The notes under the pieces were generated by a model, which saw nothing but the letters and a program-made list of their open reading frames with translations, was not told where the DNA came from and searched no databases. A program made the translations under genes and the position numbers. This document shows, in pieces, positions 11,701 through 19,436 of a DNA stretch of 64,000 nt; within the stretch, counting starts at the first letter, position 1, and each line of letters begins with the position of its first letter. Source of the stretch: a virus (Duplodnaviria > Heunggongvirae > Uroviricota > Caudoviricetes); IMG/VR virus record IMGVR_UViG_3300020156_000001, positions 32,001-96,000 of that record. The stretch is one strand, 5' to 3'.

Positions 11701-12220
11701 GATTGGCAAATATGTGAGCCCAGTTCGTTCGGAAAATGGTCTCTTTGGTAATGCAGTGGGCATTGATGAAAAGAGCAACCGCATTGCTGTTGGTGAACCT
11801 GGTACAAATAGTGTTCACGTGTTTGCGTTCGATGGTGAAACTCTCACTTTGGAACAAACGCTAACAGTTAGCGTTGGTACTAATGAAGTATTTGGCGTAA
11901 CATTGGCGTTTAACGCGAACACAATTATTGTGGGTTCGGCAAAAGCTTCCACTGATGCCGATGGCGCAAATGAACTTGCTGATGCAGGTGCGGCCTATGT
12001 ATTCGTCCGCGATAACTCCAACGCAACTTGGAGTCTCAAGGAAAAGATCGCAGGCTTTGCAGAACCAAATGGTCGTCAAGATGGCGATCTAATGGGAACT
12101 GCCGTTGCAATCGACGCAAAGGGCTCGGCAATTATTGGTGCTCCAGGTCACGATTGGGATATCAATGGTGCAAACGAAGTTGCCGACGCTGGTGCAGTAT
12201 TGATCAAAAAGGTAAAATGA
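2705..12220 (+). CDS. Giant (~3170 aa) FG-GAP-repeat beta-propeller / glycine-rich / LamG virion protein (tail fibre or appendage-like)
   Basis: Many 'GDxFGYSVA..VVIGAP..AGAxYVF' FG-GAP repeats, two Gly-rich domains (GAGGGG..GGxGA), a LamG segment (WIHMAIT..LFVNG). GGAG RBS before ATG 2705; the ORF track starts at GTG 2672. Confidence 0.8.
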   Translation: MTSIPDNSVNGHDLIINGNSKMSEGIQEKSVVHKASIKPTTVGFLTSADNFGSIMDIFEDVLVVGSPTVNQLSGAVWVFEKTSKQRIRKSQKVSRERQTFTHTGSKQTWTAPENVKNVTIQLVGAGGGGNALGTHLGGNGAYVKAVIAVDPGKTYDIIVGQGGVAAGTTRPFGGGGRVPENSIGGSGGGRSAIADPVFGDMLTAGGGGGAGKDGPGGFAGVKAGDGVALKADGSAIVPAVNAIGANEYLTGFNASALTTNYLVDGLWTLTNNIMDPATGVEKPNYLNTKYQGEDAKAALSLLGKTVNESGAGGGGFAGGAAGPESYGERFRTTVGNIFPTGGSGSGGSSMADPTLAFPFRNTEDMIRDVVVFDGNARQLPVEFDAFGHGGDDTTPGQDGTIVIEWDVYAEGDDETTEDLQDWKETHFYTFNPVDAGGINYSCRVGAAVATNGEYIAIGSPYDLANSDGNLFAPPQIGGNGTLTILKKENGAWVRTQRIIATGTNGRTDNLFGASVKFIGGKLFVGAPTSDTDSTGANAVTDAGEVFVFELVNDAWVQTGRISATGTNSRIASDSFGYKLAGFGDTLMVASKNSYDALGANLVAGAGSVFVYNVDTLAQVQRIAGPRIANAGFGSSMSVKAGTMVIGAEGTAETYVYKLENTTWVQETKKSHAASHLISYCPMLVTGNTVAQSVNGLNFTYESHTMSEGISGGTLGDIYQFYFGNTQRGRSRSNNNMGFTQNYGRRGGFRASVPAILSRTEFTLSKWLYILQPQTFTGFENAGTPMPLFRRGSLWGVFLERSSGEANGGNLYLQVANSGNPKRFHFGKLPKDRWIHMAITLKGTKLRLFVNGELRNTYDIASVSLADDPSIPISWGYNPAIDALEAPLYGMGDFALYDIARYDQSYTPSDTSYFETHWNEIPKDPSTFGRGKAAFVVDENTILEGLPTSYSDEAVHHNPRTRHQNSTVHHEDIMMNSGKVEITQFDGEEWTTEKSLPIITPGHAYIRPNYGTQFGKNVHIDKDHLYVYAMDSMEHASNWSPSLGAVWTFDVQNDFKLIEKVLSPARKDAAMGDLKVENVDKMSIVDRSATVRNELYFGFETMALINNGDNHVPYAFKKLYYADRQQRRTDIEVDSSGLPFSTASYYYQTITSAEMKTQQISSLNAPFATFNSIASPMPAAKVFERNLVSDSSGKTYVMQPNERSTFGPYTKSFPGKVSELQYQINGSYNFVETFAMPGSEGANTGYDTFGLTVKVVNDTVWIGSSQSLHTQYNWNSGYYFGKIYSYKYFKERAGWDIDRTLQNIPSATPATHPMFGSSFDIKGDFLLARSRGAANTTAYLYKINEDSFELVQQVTVGTDSDDNKFAGSAVAFFGDSMESVIGSPWTHTPSRNYVGRVDHYGWDETAGQLVPDSVLYRPTMLVDDREYVTSLGSAAVLSNGRLFVGADYYSKDEAFNLTRGGNGAVYYYDKNADGYWEQKGIMSNYVGNTGLRMGARIHVMGDSVLMHGNYPSNNRVDLMKHDAVTDTYAFVKSFTSSPNKYPASGAFVSENHIVIGQIYTTAQVNQTGPMTGSWVEYKGADATWTVGSDHYVPMITNGAYDYGVIDYTSFANTIYGRATDERFGTDVKLSADKSMLLVGAPSNYYNANHVSKNPVGNLGAVVAFYWDETNTKWRLNTKIHDTNSETQGTQFGQKITRSGNDFIVTSYGTTLEGIITTLSYDVSGVNAKWTQKFQLKNNVGYTYFGSGVAYDSVRDLYVVGTEMGSVDSMQSGLFETITSTKTRQSYSIAGSVNNRVAGMAFGYSVATYDGKMAVGAPYYPYSNNGTTPAGPGGGLVYTYELTPNNTFKPVQKITFENQATNHFGLQLGISNEQMFVTGTSTKPVVLSKDGSGKFVNPVTVNAINSSGQTITPRTVAWDPETKESAFVGLSSNVWNIPLNFGPNGVVVPLNWDGDKYVQDTAFSSASVTATNIVDLPNLALSLNTQFGQHGMAFSPDKTKLAIAAPGDHYSVYKPEPLYANQGTNLLNGKVYVYEWDADKSKFVLHSVIPTPAFGAATSETMRLSWDGDRLTVGISNILYAYEHVEDRLWKVVETTSMESGFVGSITALEGQALLMTRPTSKGYPSVENSGAIRVQLYNDGILGSSRGIRAGANAEVFNNGTDTVGRGGGGAGAIGGKASGYLSIRGKATGGSNLVPAGANEFISNGTTRANAISEHATGAGGNAPGANGENARIVIKAGETTTVFDFNGFDQNYVVPAGVSEIEFTMWGAGGGSASDRDLTEWYQARSGRGGAGACVSGTLAVTAGETLKLIVGGGGSGGKRFAESPSLKKQLKYGLGGIGSLAQNASDNSGGCGGGLAAIARGETYLAIAGGGAGGSMAVAANVRLDGLPGGLLVDQDVSISNSTSSDADHIYAPGITNSRAAGDYFGYKVAIAGDDSILVGAPGHDYDYVGDRLPDNAGAVYAYARTNGKWEITTKINSAVPTTGEFFGLDINVAADKVAVLGGSPKGYGVGYLHEYVDALSSNSLEVFTRTGDSLTSLAKTLITDPVKTGKSVVLDGNDLVLGTPSLRTNGLATPLIQAGGFETYAINAPTMSKVDTQVSAGVSHGRFGGDKFGSSVELIGNQVVIGAPGHDYTTNGEDYRLDQGALFVFEKKGPVYSFRSKINLELESEATGFGKTLKVIGDKLYAGTDDVAHNVELTQTNGNWAISKHIESTAGKIAEIVSQNKLIVLDPTSGAGLNGQPTLAASGIAHTFAIESDGTTTDQNQSYTIPGKSRGRNAGDQFGYSVYAGNDFVVVGAPNHSFDANGLTQDKAGALFVFNKSGDKWNAETKIVPDLAATTGFGRTIAGRNGWIITSGLTLDDGFARVMQRVATGVWETRKDYTGTGIGGDGFGMAVAAADTNKFAIGSPLSDSDFTDTGSVQTYERVGADWFNRNTLQTQGLTKGRNAGDWFGYSVASNKNYVVIGSPKYAYDAVGANELAESGALWIYLKNSKFPMIGKYVSPVRSENGLFGNAVGIDEKSNRIAVGEPGTNSVHVFAFDGETLTLEQTLTVSVGTNEVFGVTLAFNANTIIVGSAKASTDADGANELADAGAAYVFVRDNSNATWSLKEKIAGFAEPNGRQDGDLMGTAVAIDAKGSAIIGAPGHDWDINGANEVADAGAVLIKKVK

Positions 12221-12225
12221 TATGG

Positions 12226-12257
12226 AAAAGGAGTTGGGGATTAGCCCAACTCCTTTT
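12226..12257. terminator. Bidirectional intrinsic terminator between convergent gene blocks
   Basis: AAAAGGAGTTGGG..CCCAACTCCTTTT inverted repeat with A/T tracts on both sides. Confidence 0.8.
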
Positions 12258-12283
12258 GAACCGTTGCCCCTGAGGGCGCCGGA

Positions 12284-12655
12284 TTAGGCACCCTTGGTGA
12301 TGGTTGCCTTGGCGCCTTCAATGCCGGCGTCAGCGTCTTCAGTGAGGTAGAACCAGCCGTAGCGATCAGCCTGGACGCCGAACTTCTTGCCCTGCTCGAG
12401 GGAAATGTTCAGCTTGTCAAGCTGTTCGTCGGAAAGTTGAACCTTCAGGTTCGAACCCTGCGTCGGTGCGCTTAGGAAGTCGGCAAAAACGTGCGGGCCT
12501 TTTGCACGATCAGTTGGGCGGACGAACAGTGTGCCGTCCTTAACTGCCATGCGGAAGCGCGTTCCGTTGGCATGCTTGGTCATGAAGGCCGAAGCAGCAG
12601 CCGAGTTGAACGAAATGCCTACAGCGCGGGAAGCGGTTTCGGTTTGATTTTCCAT
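12284..12655 (-). CDS. Hypothetical protein (paralogue of 12984..13319)
   Basis: RBS GGAGATCGAAAA before ATG; shares FNxAA, KDGxLxVRP and YGW motifs with its neighbour. Confidence 0.75.
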   Translation of the reverse strand: MENQTETASRAVGISFNSAAASAFMTKHANGTRFRMAVKDGTLFVRPTDRAKGPHVFADFLSAPTQGSNLKVQLSDEQLDKLNISLEQGKKFGVQADRYGWFYLTEDADAGIEGAKATITKGA

Positions 12656-12983
12656 TTTTCGATCTCCTATTGAGAAGTGCATCATGCTCTTCTTTAAGTT
12701 GCTAAACAGTTGCATCCCCTGCTCACTGCTTATGTCAGCCAATGTAATATTTTGCGGTTTTAAGTCAACCATAATGCTGAAAAAGGACGAGTCCTGACAA
12801 CACTTTTTCCAAGAACTCTACAAAATCAAGCACTTACAAATCGTAACTTTATCAACTAGTTACGTAAGAATGCTTGTCTCGCAACTTACGATGACCAAAA
12901 TCAGCTTCCAAAAGGACTTCTGATATGGCTGGAGAGGATCCTTTTCAGATCCTCTCCAATTGTTTTCCGACGTTTGCGGCCGC

Positions 12984-13319
12984 TTACTTAGCAGCAACGC
13001 GACCGAAAGCCGTGCCCTTGGCCGGGGTGCCGGCGATCGGAGCAAGCGAAACCCAACCGTACTTGGCCTTGACCAGTTCGTAAGCTGCACCAGCTTCCAG
13101 GGCGGCCAGATCCGAAACCGTTACGCGGGCGCCGTTGACCTTGGAACCTTCAACCTTGAAGCTCAGCTTGCGCATTGTTTCGCCTTCCGGGAGATTCGTT
13201 GAGATCACCCGAGCCGACGGACGAACCTGGAGAACGCCGTCCTTTTCGCGAACACGAATCTGCTTGTTTTCGCCGATGAGTGCGAGAGCTGCAACGTTGA
13301 AGTTAAGAACCTTTGCCAT
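12984..13319 (-). CDS. Hypothetical protein (paralogue of 12284..12655)
   Basis: RBS AGGAAG; shared motifs FNVAAL, EKDGVLQVRPS, KYGW. Confidence 0.75.
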   Translation of the reverse strand: MAKVLNFNVAALALIGENKQIRVREKDGVLQVRPSARVISTNLPEGETMRKLSFKVEGSKVNGARVTVSDLAALEAGAAYELVKAKYGWVSLAPIAGTPAKGTAFGRVAAK

Positions 13320-13470
13320 GTAAGTCTTCCTTTTCTCGATCTGTGCGCGTTAGTGCGCGTTTCTGTGTTTGCATTTCCAGCGCGTTGTTTGTTGCGCTTA
13401 TGCCATTAAAGTAACACAGGAAGAGAAAGTGTCAACCAGTATATTCCTAAAAAAGCGAAAAGAATTGAAA

Positions 13471-13923
13471 TTATTTGGAAAGCTTTGAAACCATTGATAA
13501 TTTTTTACGAGCATCTTTCAAAATGTCGTAGGTTTCTTTTAATCTGTTACGCAAAACAATTTCCTGACTACGCCACCATACATCCTGTTCATCGAACTTT
13601 GCTCGATGTTTGATATAATCGGTATAAGCGGTAGTAGCTTCATCTTGTACTTCATTGAAGATCACCCACATATCATGCGTGGGATCATCCGGATCAGGAC
13701 ACGTTGGTTCTAACCCAATAGTAATGTTGAAACGCTTGATCTGTTCGGGATGAGTATCATCATACTCCTGCTTGACCAAGCTGATATAACGGGACAAGTT
13801 CACGCAGGCTTTGGCCCAGGTGTCAAAATCACCCCTGAGCCAAGCATCCAAATCACGTGGATGGTAAGGATTCCCATTGACCCATATTAGATAGTCTTCA
13901 ATGGGATGCGGTTCCTTAGGCAT
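13471..13923 (-). CDS. Hypothetical protein
   Basis: 150-aa ORF overlapping the stop of the upstream gene. Confidence 0.65.
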   Translation of the reverse strand: MPKEPHPIEDYLIWVNGNPYHPRDLDAWLRGDFDTWAKACVNLSRYISLVKQEYDDTHPEQIKRFNITIGLEPTCPDPDDPTHDMWVIFNEVQDEATTAYTDYIKHRAKFDEQDVWWRSQEIVLRNRLKETYDILKDARKKLSMVSKLSK

Positions 13924-14371
13924 TTAGCACCGATTGAACAATGCCACTTGCGGTCTTCTTATTCAAAGAAGCACCAAAGTGGTCATTGAGAGCCTTCATC
14001 AACGGGCCCATCAGCTTTTTGCGGTCAGCCGTGGCACCAGCAGTTGCAACAAAATCCGTTGCAAACGTGCGAACTTCATCTTCAGTAGCTTCGGCCGGCA
14101 AAAATGACTTGAGTAGTTCACGCTCAGCAAGAGCACGCTGATACTGGTCCAGGTTCTTAGTCGCGCTGAGCAGTGTGATGTTTTCTTCAGCACCCTTAAG
14201 AAAGCTGTTGATCGCACGAAGTGCTTGATCGTCGCCGAACGTGGTAGCTTTTGGATCTTCCGCCTTTGCGATGTCGTTGGCCTTGGAGCCAACCGAAATC
14301 AAAAATGTTGCAAGGGGATTCTTTGCCTTGCGGTATTCCAGCGTCTTATCCTTTAGTGCCTGCGCGTACAT
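13916..14371 (-). CDS. GatB/YqeY domain protein
   Basis: YqeY-like pattern (AERELLKSFLP..MGPLMKAL); GGAGATCG RBS. Confidence 0.7.
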   Translation of the reverse strand: MYAQALKDKTLEYRKAKNPLATFLISVGSKANDIAKAEDPKATTFGDDQALRAINSFLKGAEENITLLSATKNLDQYQRALAERELLKSFLPAEATEDEVRTFATDFVATAGATADRKKLMGPLMKALNDHFGASLNKKTASGIVQSVLNA

Positions 14372-14795
14372 TGCGATCTCCTTCGTGTAGCAGTACCCTT
14401 GGTCGAATTTTGTCCATGCTATTGCTTTTAGCAAGTTCTTCGGCTTTTGCTAGAGCCTTAGACTCAATCCTGAATTTCTTTGCCTTTGCAAAGTCTTGGG
14501 TCCAATCCTCAACGTATTCGGAAGATGGAACCTCTTTGATAACATCCTTCATAGGAGTCTTGATCACTGTTTCGCGATCACCCCACCGATAGATTCCATT
14601 TTTGCCACGAGCATTTGGAACTTGATAATGACCATAACCTTGCCGATTAACCCGACGATACCGTGGCTTTGCCTTTTCCTTATCGGTCCAATCTCTTGGC
14701 TCTTTTACTTTGATCGTGGTCATGATCGGGCGGGTGCCCGCATAATAGTTGTTGCCCACGCAAATGTAATAGAAGGATCCACGTTTCGTTTTCAT
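14346..14795 (-). CDS. Hypothetical protein
   Basis: Basic ~149-aa ORF, ATGA-coupled to the upstream gene. Confidence 0.6.
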   Translation of the reverse strand: MKTKRGSFYYICVGNNYYAGTRPIMTTIKVKEPRDWTDKEKAKPRYRRVNRQGYGHYQVPNARGKNGIYRWGDRETVIKTPMKDVIKEVPSSEYVEDWTQDFAKAKKFRIESKALAKAEELAKSNSMDKIRPRVLLHEGDRNVRAGTKG

Positions 14796-15319
14796 GTTCG
14801 TCCAACCGTAATGTGAAATTTCCAATGGCTTGGTAGTTCAAACTCATCGCGCATGGCTTTGCCAACATCGCATACAGCATCCACAAACCAGTAAACGCCA
14901 AGCTTGTCGCTGCTAGATCCTGGAGTATCGCCAGAGAAACGCACAACGTTGGAGTATTTGAACTCCACACGCTGACCATCATATTTCTTCCACAGGTGCA
15001 TGAGATGTGGACGCGGCTTTTCACCACGAATAATGCTCATGTGAGGACCCCAAGCGGGTAGATGCAAATCCTGCCGCTTATCCTTGTGTAGAGCCCAAGA
15101 AGCTTTTTGCCGATCCAGCGCATCATAGCGAAGTGGATTAATAAAGCGATTTGCCCACCAACGGTAATAGTCAGTAATGCCACGATCAAGCTCAACAACA
15201 ACCCACCACTTTGTTTTGGCCTTCATGTCGCCACGATCCGGATCATAGACGACGGTGCCCCAGCTGGTAAACCAGTTGCGGGTTCGTTCGGCTTCCGTTA
15301 GCTTTACGTGCGCGTTCAT
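14792..15319 (-). CDS. 2H phosphoesterase family protein
   Basis: Two HxS/T motifs: PHMSII and FHITVG. Confidence 0.65.
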   Translation of the reverse strand: MNAHVKLTEAERTRNWFTSWGTVVYDPDRGDMKAKTKWWVVVELDRGITDYYRWWANRFINPLRYDALDRQKASWALHKDKRQDLHLPAWGPHMSIIRGEKPRPHLMHLWKKYDGQRVEFKYSNVVRFSGDTPGSSSDKLGVYWFVDAVCDVGKAMRDEFELPSHWKFHITVGRT

Positions 15320-15478
15320 TTTAGAATACCAGTAACTTTTGCAGGTAGTTTGTTCGGCTTTTGTTTTGATATGGAAAGTCTCCGCACCATAATAACAGAG
15401 CGGAGACCAAAGTCAATTACTTGATCAGTTTGATATGGAAAAGCCCTGAGGTGCTCAATCCTCAGGGCCGTGCTTAGA

Positions 15479-15886
15479 TTATTTCCAAGCTACCCGAACC
15501 CCATAGGATCCAGGAGATGCGTGGCAGCGAGCCGCCTTTTTGGGGTTTGCTCCAACTTTATTCACGCAGAGCTTGAGGTGGCGCATACCATATTTGAGAC
15601 CTGCGCCGCAACTGTTCAGGGGACCGTCTCCCTTGCGATAGCCGAGTGCTCTTGCACTACCAGGACTAATTTGGAGGGGTCCATTGTAGCGACCCGGTGT
15701 GGAGCAACGGAATGTACTCTCTTTGTTCGCTACATACTCGATGACGTTACGTGGAACGCCATGTGCATCAGCCGATGCAAGGATGATTTGTTTAGACGAT
15801 TTAGGGGAGTTGTTTGCAACCACTTCAGTTGTGCTGCAAGATGCTACCATAACGCCAACGGCAATCATTGCCAGTATTTTTTTCAT
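15479..15886 (-). CDS. Lipoprotein lytic transglycosylase (SLT-like)
   Basis: Lipobox VASC; ES catalytic motif (KESTF), GPLQI, YGMRHL. Confidence 0.7.
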   Translation of the reverse strand: MKKILAMIAVGVMVASCSTTEVVANNSPKSSKQIILASADAHGVPRNVIEYVANKESTFRCSTPGRYNGPLQISPGSARALGYRKGDGPLNSCGAGLKYGMRHLKLCVNKVGANPKKAARCHASPGSYGVRVAWK

Positions 15887-15909
15887 TGTTATTTCCTTTG
15901 TTTGGGCCC

Positions 15910-16311
15910 TTAATGGGTCCATTCTCTTTTTGAACCAACATCCACGTGTAGGAGACCGGGTTGACCCTTATATGTCCCTATTCCGCCAATGCCTGGGGCT
16001 CGTTTTGCAATCCGTTTCAGGGCATTCGTTGAATACCCGGGAACTCTAATGTCGGCAGCTTTACAAGAGCGGTGTAAGCTTGCGCGTCGGCCATGTCTAC
16101 GGTGGCCAGACGTAATGATTATTTGTCCTTTAGTTTCCTTTTTAATGTAGGTGAGAACACCCAGTAGTTTTGCTGGAAAACAGCCATAACTGACTGTTTT
16201 GGTTTGTGGTACGAAAAGCTGTTTAGTCCGTCTTACTTCAGTACCTGATGCGATGGACGCTGACAACACTAAGGCTATCAGGGCCACGCATAAGCCCTTT
16301 TGGTATTTCAA
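15910..16311 (-). CDS. Peptidase M15A (YcbK-like)
   Basis: Signal peptide; ITSGHR..SLH..KAADI..HVDVG Zn-binding motifs. Confidence 0.75.
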   Translation of the reverse strand: MKYQKGLCVALIALVLSASIASGTEVRRTKQLFVPQTKTVSYGCFPAKLLGVLTYIKKETKGQIIITSGHRRHGRRASLHRSCKAADIRVPGYSTNALKRIAKRAPGIGGIGTYKGQPGLLHVDVGSKREWTH

Positions 16312-16380
16312 TATTACTCCTTTTTTGATATAGAAAAAGGGCGGACTAAGCCGCCCTTTCGGTGCTTATGTATTTAGCCC

Positions 16381-16725
16381 TTACGCAGTCACTTTTTCGA
16401 CAAATTCCTGCGTAGTGCTGTTCCACGTATATGCTTTGCCTTCCATGCGGAGACCCAGCAGATCCGAAAGGTTGATCATGCGAAACGCACCCTTGGTGTC
16501 TTCGCTGCCGTCGGCGTGTTGGACAACCTTCTGCATATCATAAACGACAAGCAGGTCCTTTGCCTTGGGATCGAACTTGAGGCCAACGCCCTTAACGCCC
16601 TTTTGAACGTTGCGGCGGCAATTCATCGTGCGCTCTTCGCCGTTTGTGCGCTTGATAAAGTCCACGGTGAACACCTTGCCCGTAGCAGTCTTTTCGAGAA
16701 AATCTGCAAGCTTGAGATTGGCCAT
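16381..16725 (-). CDS. Conserved phage hypothetical protein (SH3-like fold possible)
   Basis: FTVDFIKRTNGEERTMNCR..VYDM..FRMINL pattern; GGAG RBS. Confidence 0.65.
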   Translation of the reverse strand: MANLKLADFLEKTATGKVFTVDFIKRTNGEERTMNCRRNVQKGVKGVGLKFDPKAKDLLVVYDMQKVVQHADGSEDTKGAFRMINLSDLLGLRMEGKAYTWNSTTQEFVEKVTA

Positions 16726-16914
16726 TTCGATCACTCCTTTGTTAAACAACTGTCCACATCCTATGCGAGGACAGCCACTTTGTCAAGGCTGCTAGAGTAG
16801 AAATAGGAAGAAATCTGTTCCTGTTTGTCCACCTTACCACTTAAAGTAAACAAACTGCTAATAAAGATCAAGCCTAAAGTCATGGAAATGGCCGGAACAA
16901 GTCCGGCCATTCAA

Positions 16915-17589
16915 TTAGAATATGAAGAACAATCCGGGCAGCGAAGCAAACGCGAGGATCAATACCATGATCAATCGCGTTCCTGCAACAGCGCCGTCGT
17001 CAATGGGCAAGCCCTTGGTAATAGTTGTGGTAACTTCATCGTAGATGTCATTACCTTGGGGATCCTTCTTGATCGAATTGTCCTCATTGCGAACAAAACG
17101 CTTGGTAGTTTCCGTTGTGGTAGTTTCGGCCAAGCAAATCTTGCGGAAGTATTTGGACCAAAACGTCAGTAGCACGGTAAACCATAGGATACCAATACCA
17201 ACATCGGCGATCCGGCCGGCAATTTCAGCACCGCCCAAGTTGTAGACGAGAAGGAAAAGCGCGACCTTGCCTGGAAGTGTGCCGGCGAATTCGTTTGCAG
17301 CGACACCAAGTTCCTTGGCAGCGTTGGCGATACCCGTGCCAATAGCTTTGCCCATGTCGGCATAGCCCTGCACGGTGTCCTTGTCGAACTTGACCTTTGA
17401 CGCAATGTCGGAAAGATTTGTGGAAGTTTGCTTGGCAGAATCAACGATCTGCTGAATCTGTTTGACTTTGTCCGCAGGAAGACCATCTGTGTTGATCGTG
17501 GTCTGCGCCTGTTGTGCCGAAGCTATCGAGGGAGCGGCCATCACCGCTAGTCCCAAAAGTGCTGCGGCGAGAATGCTACGAATACGCAT
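16915..17589 (-). CDS. Membrane protein with signal peptide
   Basis: Signal peptide (..ASAQQ) and several hydrophobic segments. Confidence 0.7.
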   Translation of the reverse strand: MRIRSILAAALLGLAVMAAPSIASAQQAQTTINTDGLPADKVKQIQQIVDSAKQTSTNLSDIASKVKFDKDTVQGYADMGKAIGTGIANAAKELGVAANEFAGTLPGKVALFLLVYNLGGAEIAGRIADVGIGILWFTVLLTFWSKYFRKICLAETTTTETTKRFVRNEDNSIKKDPQGNDIYDEVTTTITKGLPIDDGAVAGTRLIMVLILAFASLPGLFFIF

Positions 17590-17749
17590 GTCCGCTCCTA
17601 TAGGTTTAAGGTACTCTGGTACTAAAACCACTGGAGCTTTTTGTCAATCCTCTTTTTAATTGCCGTGTAAAGGCGAGGACCAAGATAACCAATAGCAAAA
17701 CCAATGCTCATATAAAGCAGCATCCAAAACGTATACGTTTCCTGAAAGC

Positions 17750-17929
17750 TCATTTAACCACCCGTAGATGCGTTTCCGCGCGTTTTGTTGTCCGACAGTC
17801 CCAGCGCGTATAAGCGTATTGGAACAAAGCTACAAGCCCTATGATTGCGAGGATGACAGCGCCCACAACAATTCCTGCAGGAATTGTGAGCATAAAGAAT
17901 GAAAAGAAAAAATCGTGCAAATGATTCAT
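17750..17929 (-). CDS. Small membrane protein
   Basis: AGGAG RBS and one long hydrophobic segment. Confidence 0.55.
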   Translation of the reverse strand: MNHLHDFFFSFFMLTIPAGIVVGAVILAIIGLVALFQYAYTRWDCRTTKRAETHLRVVK

Positions 17930-17939
17930 AAAATCTCCT

Positions 17940-18130
17940 ACAAGTTGAGTTTCCCCGATCCTCAACACCGCCCTGATTACCCCAGGTGTAGCACAAACCC
18001 ATTGTAATCACATCCAGCCGCAAACCAGAAGATTGGAGAGCCAATCCCCTTTGTAGGAATAATCCAATGGACTGCTGGGCTTTCGTACCCGATGGTGCTA
18101 ACTAGGCCCCAGCGTTGTCCGTTTCCATGC
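17940..18130 (-). ncRNA. Candidate structured leader or ncRNA
   Basis: Own TTGACT promoter at ~18135-18165; several stems and a possible pseudoknot (UAGCAC/GUGCUA). Confidence 0.35.
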
Positions 18131-18202
18131 AGCGAATTTATTTGAGGAATATCTAAAAGTCAAGATAATAGGGCGACCAGATATGACCGCCCTATCAAAG
18201 TT

Positions 18203-19276
18203 TTAGTCGATAATTGCCCGCTTCTGCGGAGCCTTGTTCGGGAAAAGTTTCTCGTTGATTCGATTTTGGATAGTAAGAAGATCGAACAACGGAGCATAGG
18301 TACCACGGGTGCAAAATTTATCTGAAGCTGCAAACTTCTTTGCAAATCCATTTGCTGCCGAGTAATCTTCTCCCTTGTTTTTATAGTTGCCTCCAAGCTT
18401 GTTAGCTTCGCTGGCCCAACGTGCTGCAGAAGTACCCGAATTGACAGCCGTAAACTTAACCCATTCCGTGAACTTCTGTCGCAGTTTCCAATTGAGCATA
18501 ATGTTGGGTTGCAAGCAAATTAGCTGGGTCAAACCAAGCAACATCTGTGCAGGAATAGTCTTCTGTTTCGGAACCCAAAATTCCGAAAGCTTGATTGCAA
18601 ATTTGACAACATCTTCGATACCAAATTTATCGCCAACAATAACTTTTGGCCAATGTTCGTCGGAGATTTCCTTTTCCAACGCCATATGTAAAGTACGAGC
18701 GCCGACAAAACGTTGATTCACAACTACATCACTTTCTTCAGTAGTGTGCGAATTCTTCGGCAGAATTCCAAATTCCTGGAACTTTTCGAAAAGTTCGTTT
18801 GCGCTTTCATCGCCAGCGCCACGGCGCATATTAAACTGCTCATCAAGCGAGAGCGGCTTCTTGAGATCAACCTGAAAAGCCAGGCAAAGTCGATGGGCTT
18901 GTTCTTCATCGGCCACGTCGTGAATCATAGCCGGTAAGCTTTGTAGTTGTGGACATACTGTACGAGCAATTTCACGACGGTGATCACCATCGACCAACTT
19001 CAGCACAATCCTTGAAACATTGGAAAGTGGATCCGTTTCGGTCCATCTAGCGACGATAATTGGAGTCCAAAGTTCTGGCCGATAACCGCCGTTGAGTTCA
19101 AGGTATTCCAAAGGAATTCGTTGCTGTGTTTCGCGCTGCTTTGCAATTGACGGAATGTTAATATCCACCCGACCGTACTCGGGAAACGTCATTTCCTCGA
19201 GAGGAATATGGTATTTTTCAGCATATTCCTTGGCCCGTGCTTGCGTTGCTTTGGTAGTAGTAGCTTTACTGGTCAT
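18203..19276 (-). CDS. ParB/Srx-like N-terminal domain protein
   Basis: PIIVA...LVDGDHRR motif; 357 aa. Confidence 0.6.
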   Translation of the reverse strand: MTSKATTTKATQARAKEYAEKYHIPLEEMTFPEYGRVDINIPSIAKQRETQQRIPLEYLELNGGYRPELWTPIIVARWTETDPLSNVSRIVLKLVDGDHRREIARTVCPQLQSLPAMIHDVADEEQAHRLCLAFQVDLKKPLSLDEQFNMRRGAGDESANELFEKFQEFGILPKNSHTTEESDVVVNQRFVGARTLHMALEKEISDEHWPKVIVGDKFGIEDVVKFAIKLSEFWVPKQKTIPAQMLLGLTQLICLQPNIMLNWKLRQKFTEWVKFTAVNSGTSAARWASEANKLGGNYKNKGEDYSAANGFAKKFAASDKFCTRGTYAPLFDLLTIQNRINEKLFPNKAPQKRAIID

Positions 19277-19436
19277 TTCAAACTCCTCATTGTGTTAAAA
19301 CCGTATCAACACACTATACGGAATTTGCGTTAGCACAAGCATTAATACAAATTACAAAACCTAGGCAATGGGCATAGTTAATAATTGGAAACCACTCATG
19401 GAAATAGGGCGACCGTTTCCGATCGCCCTATTAGGA

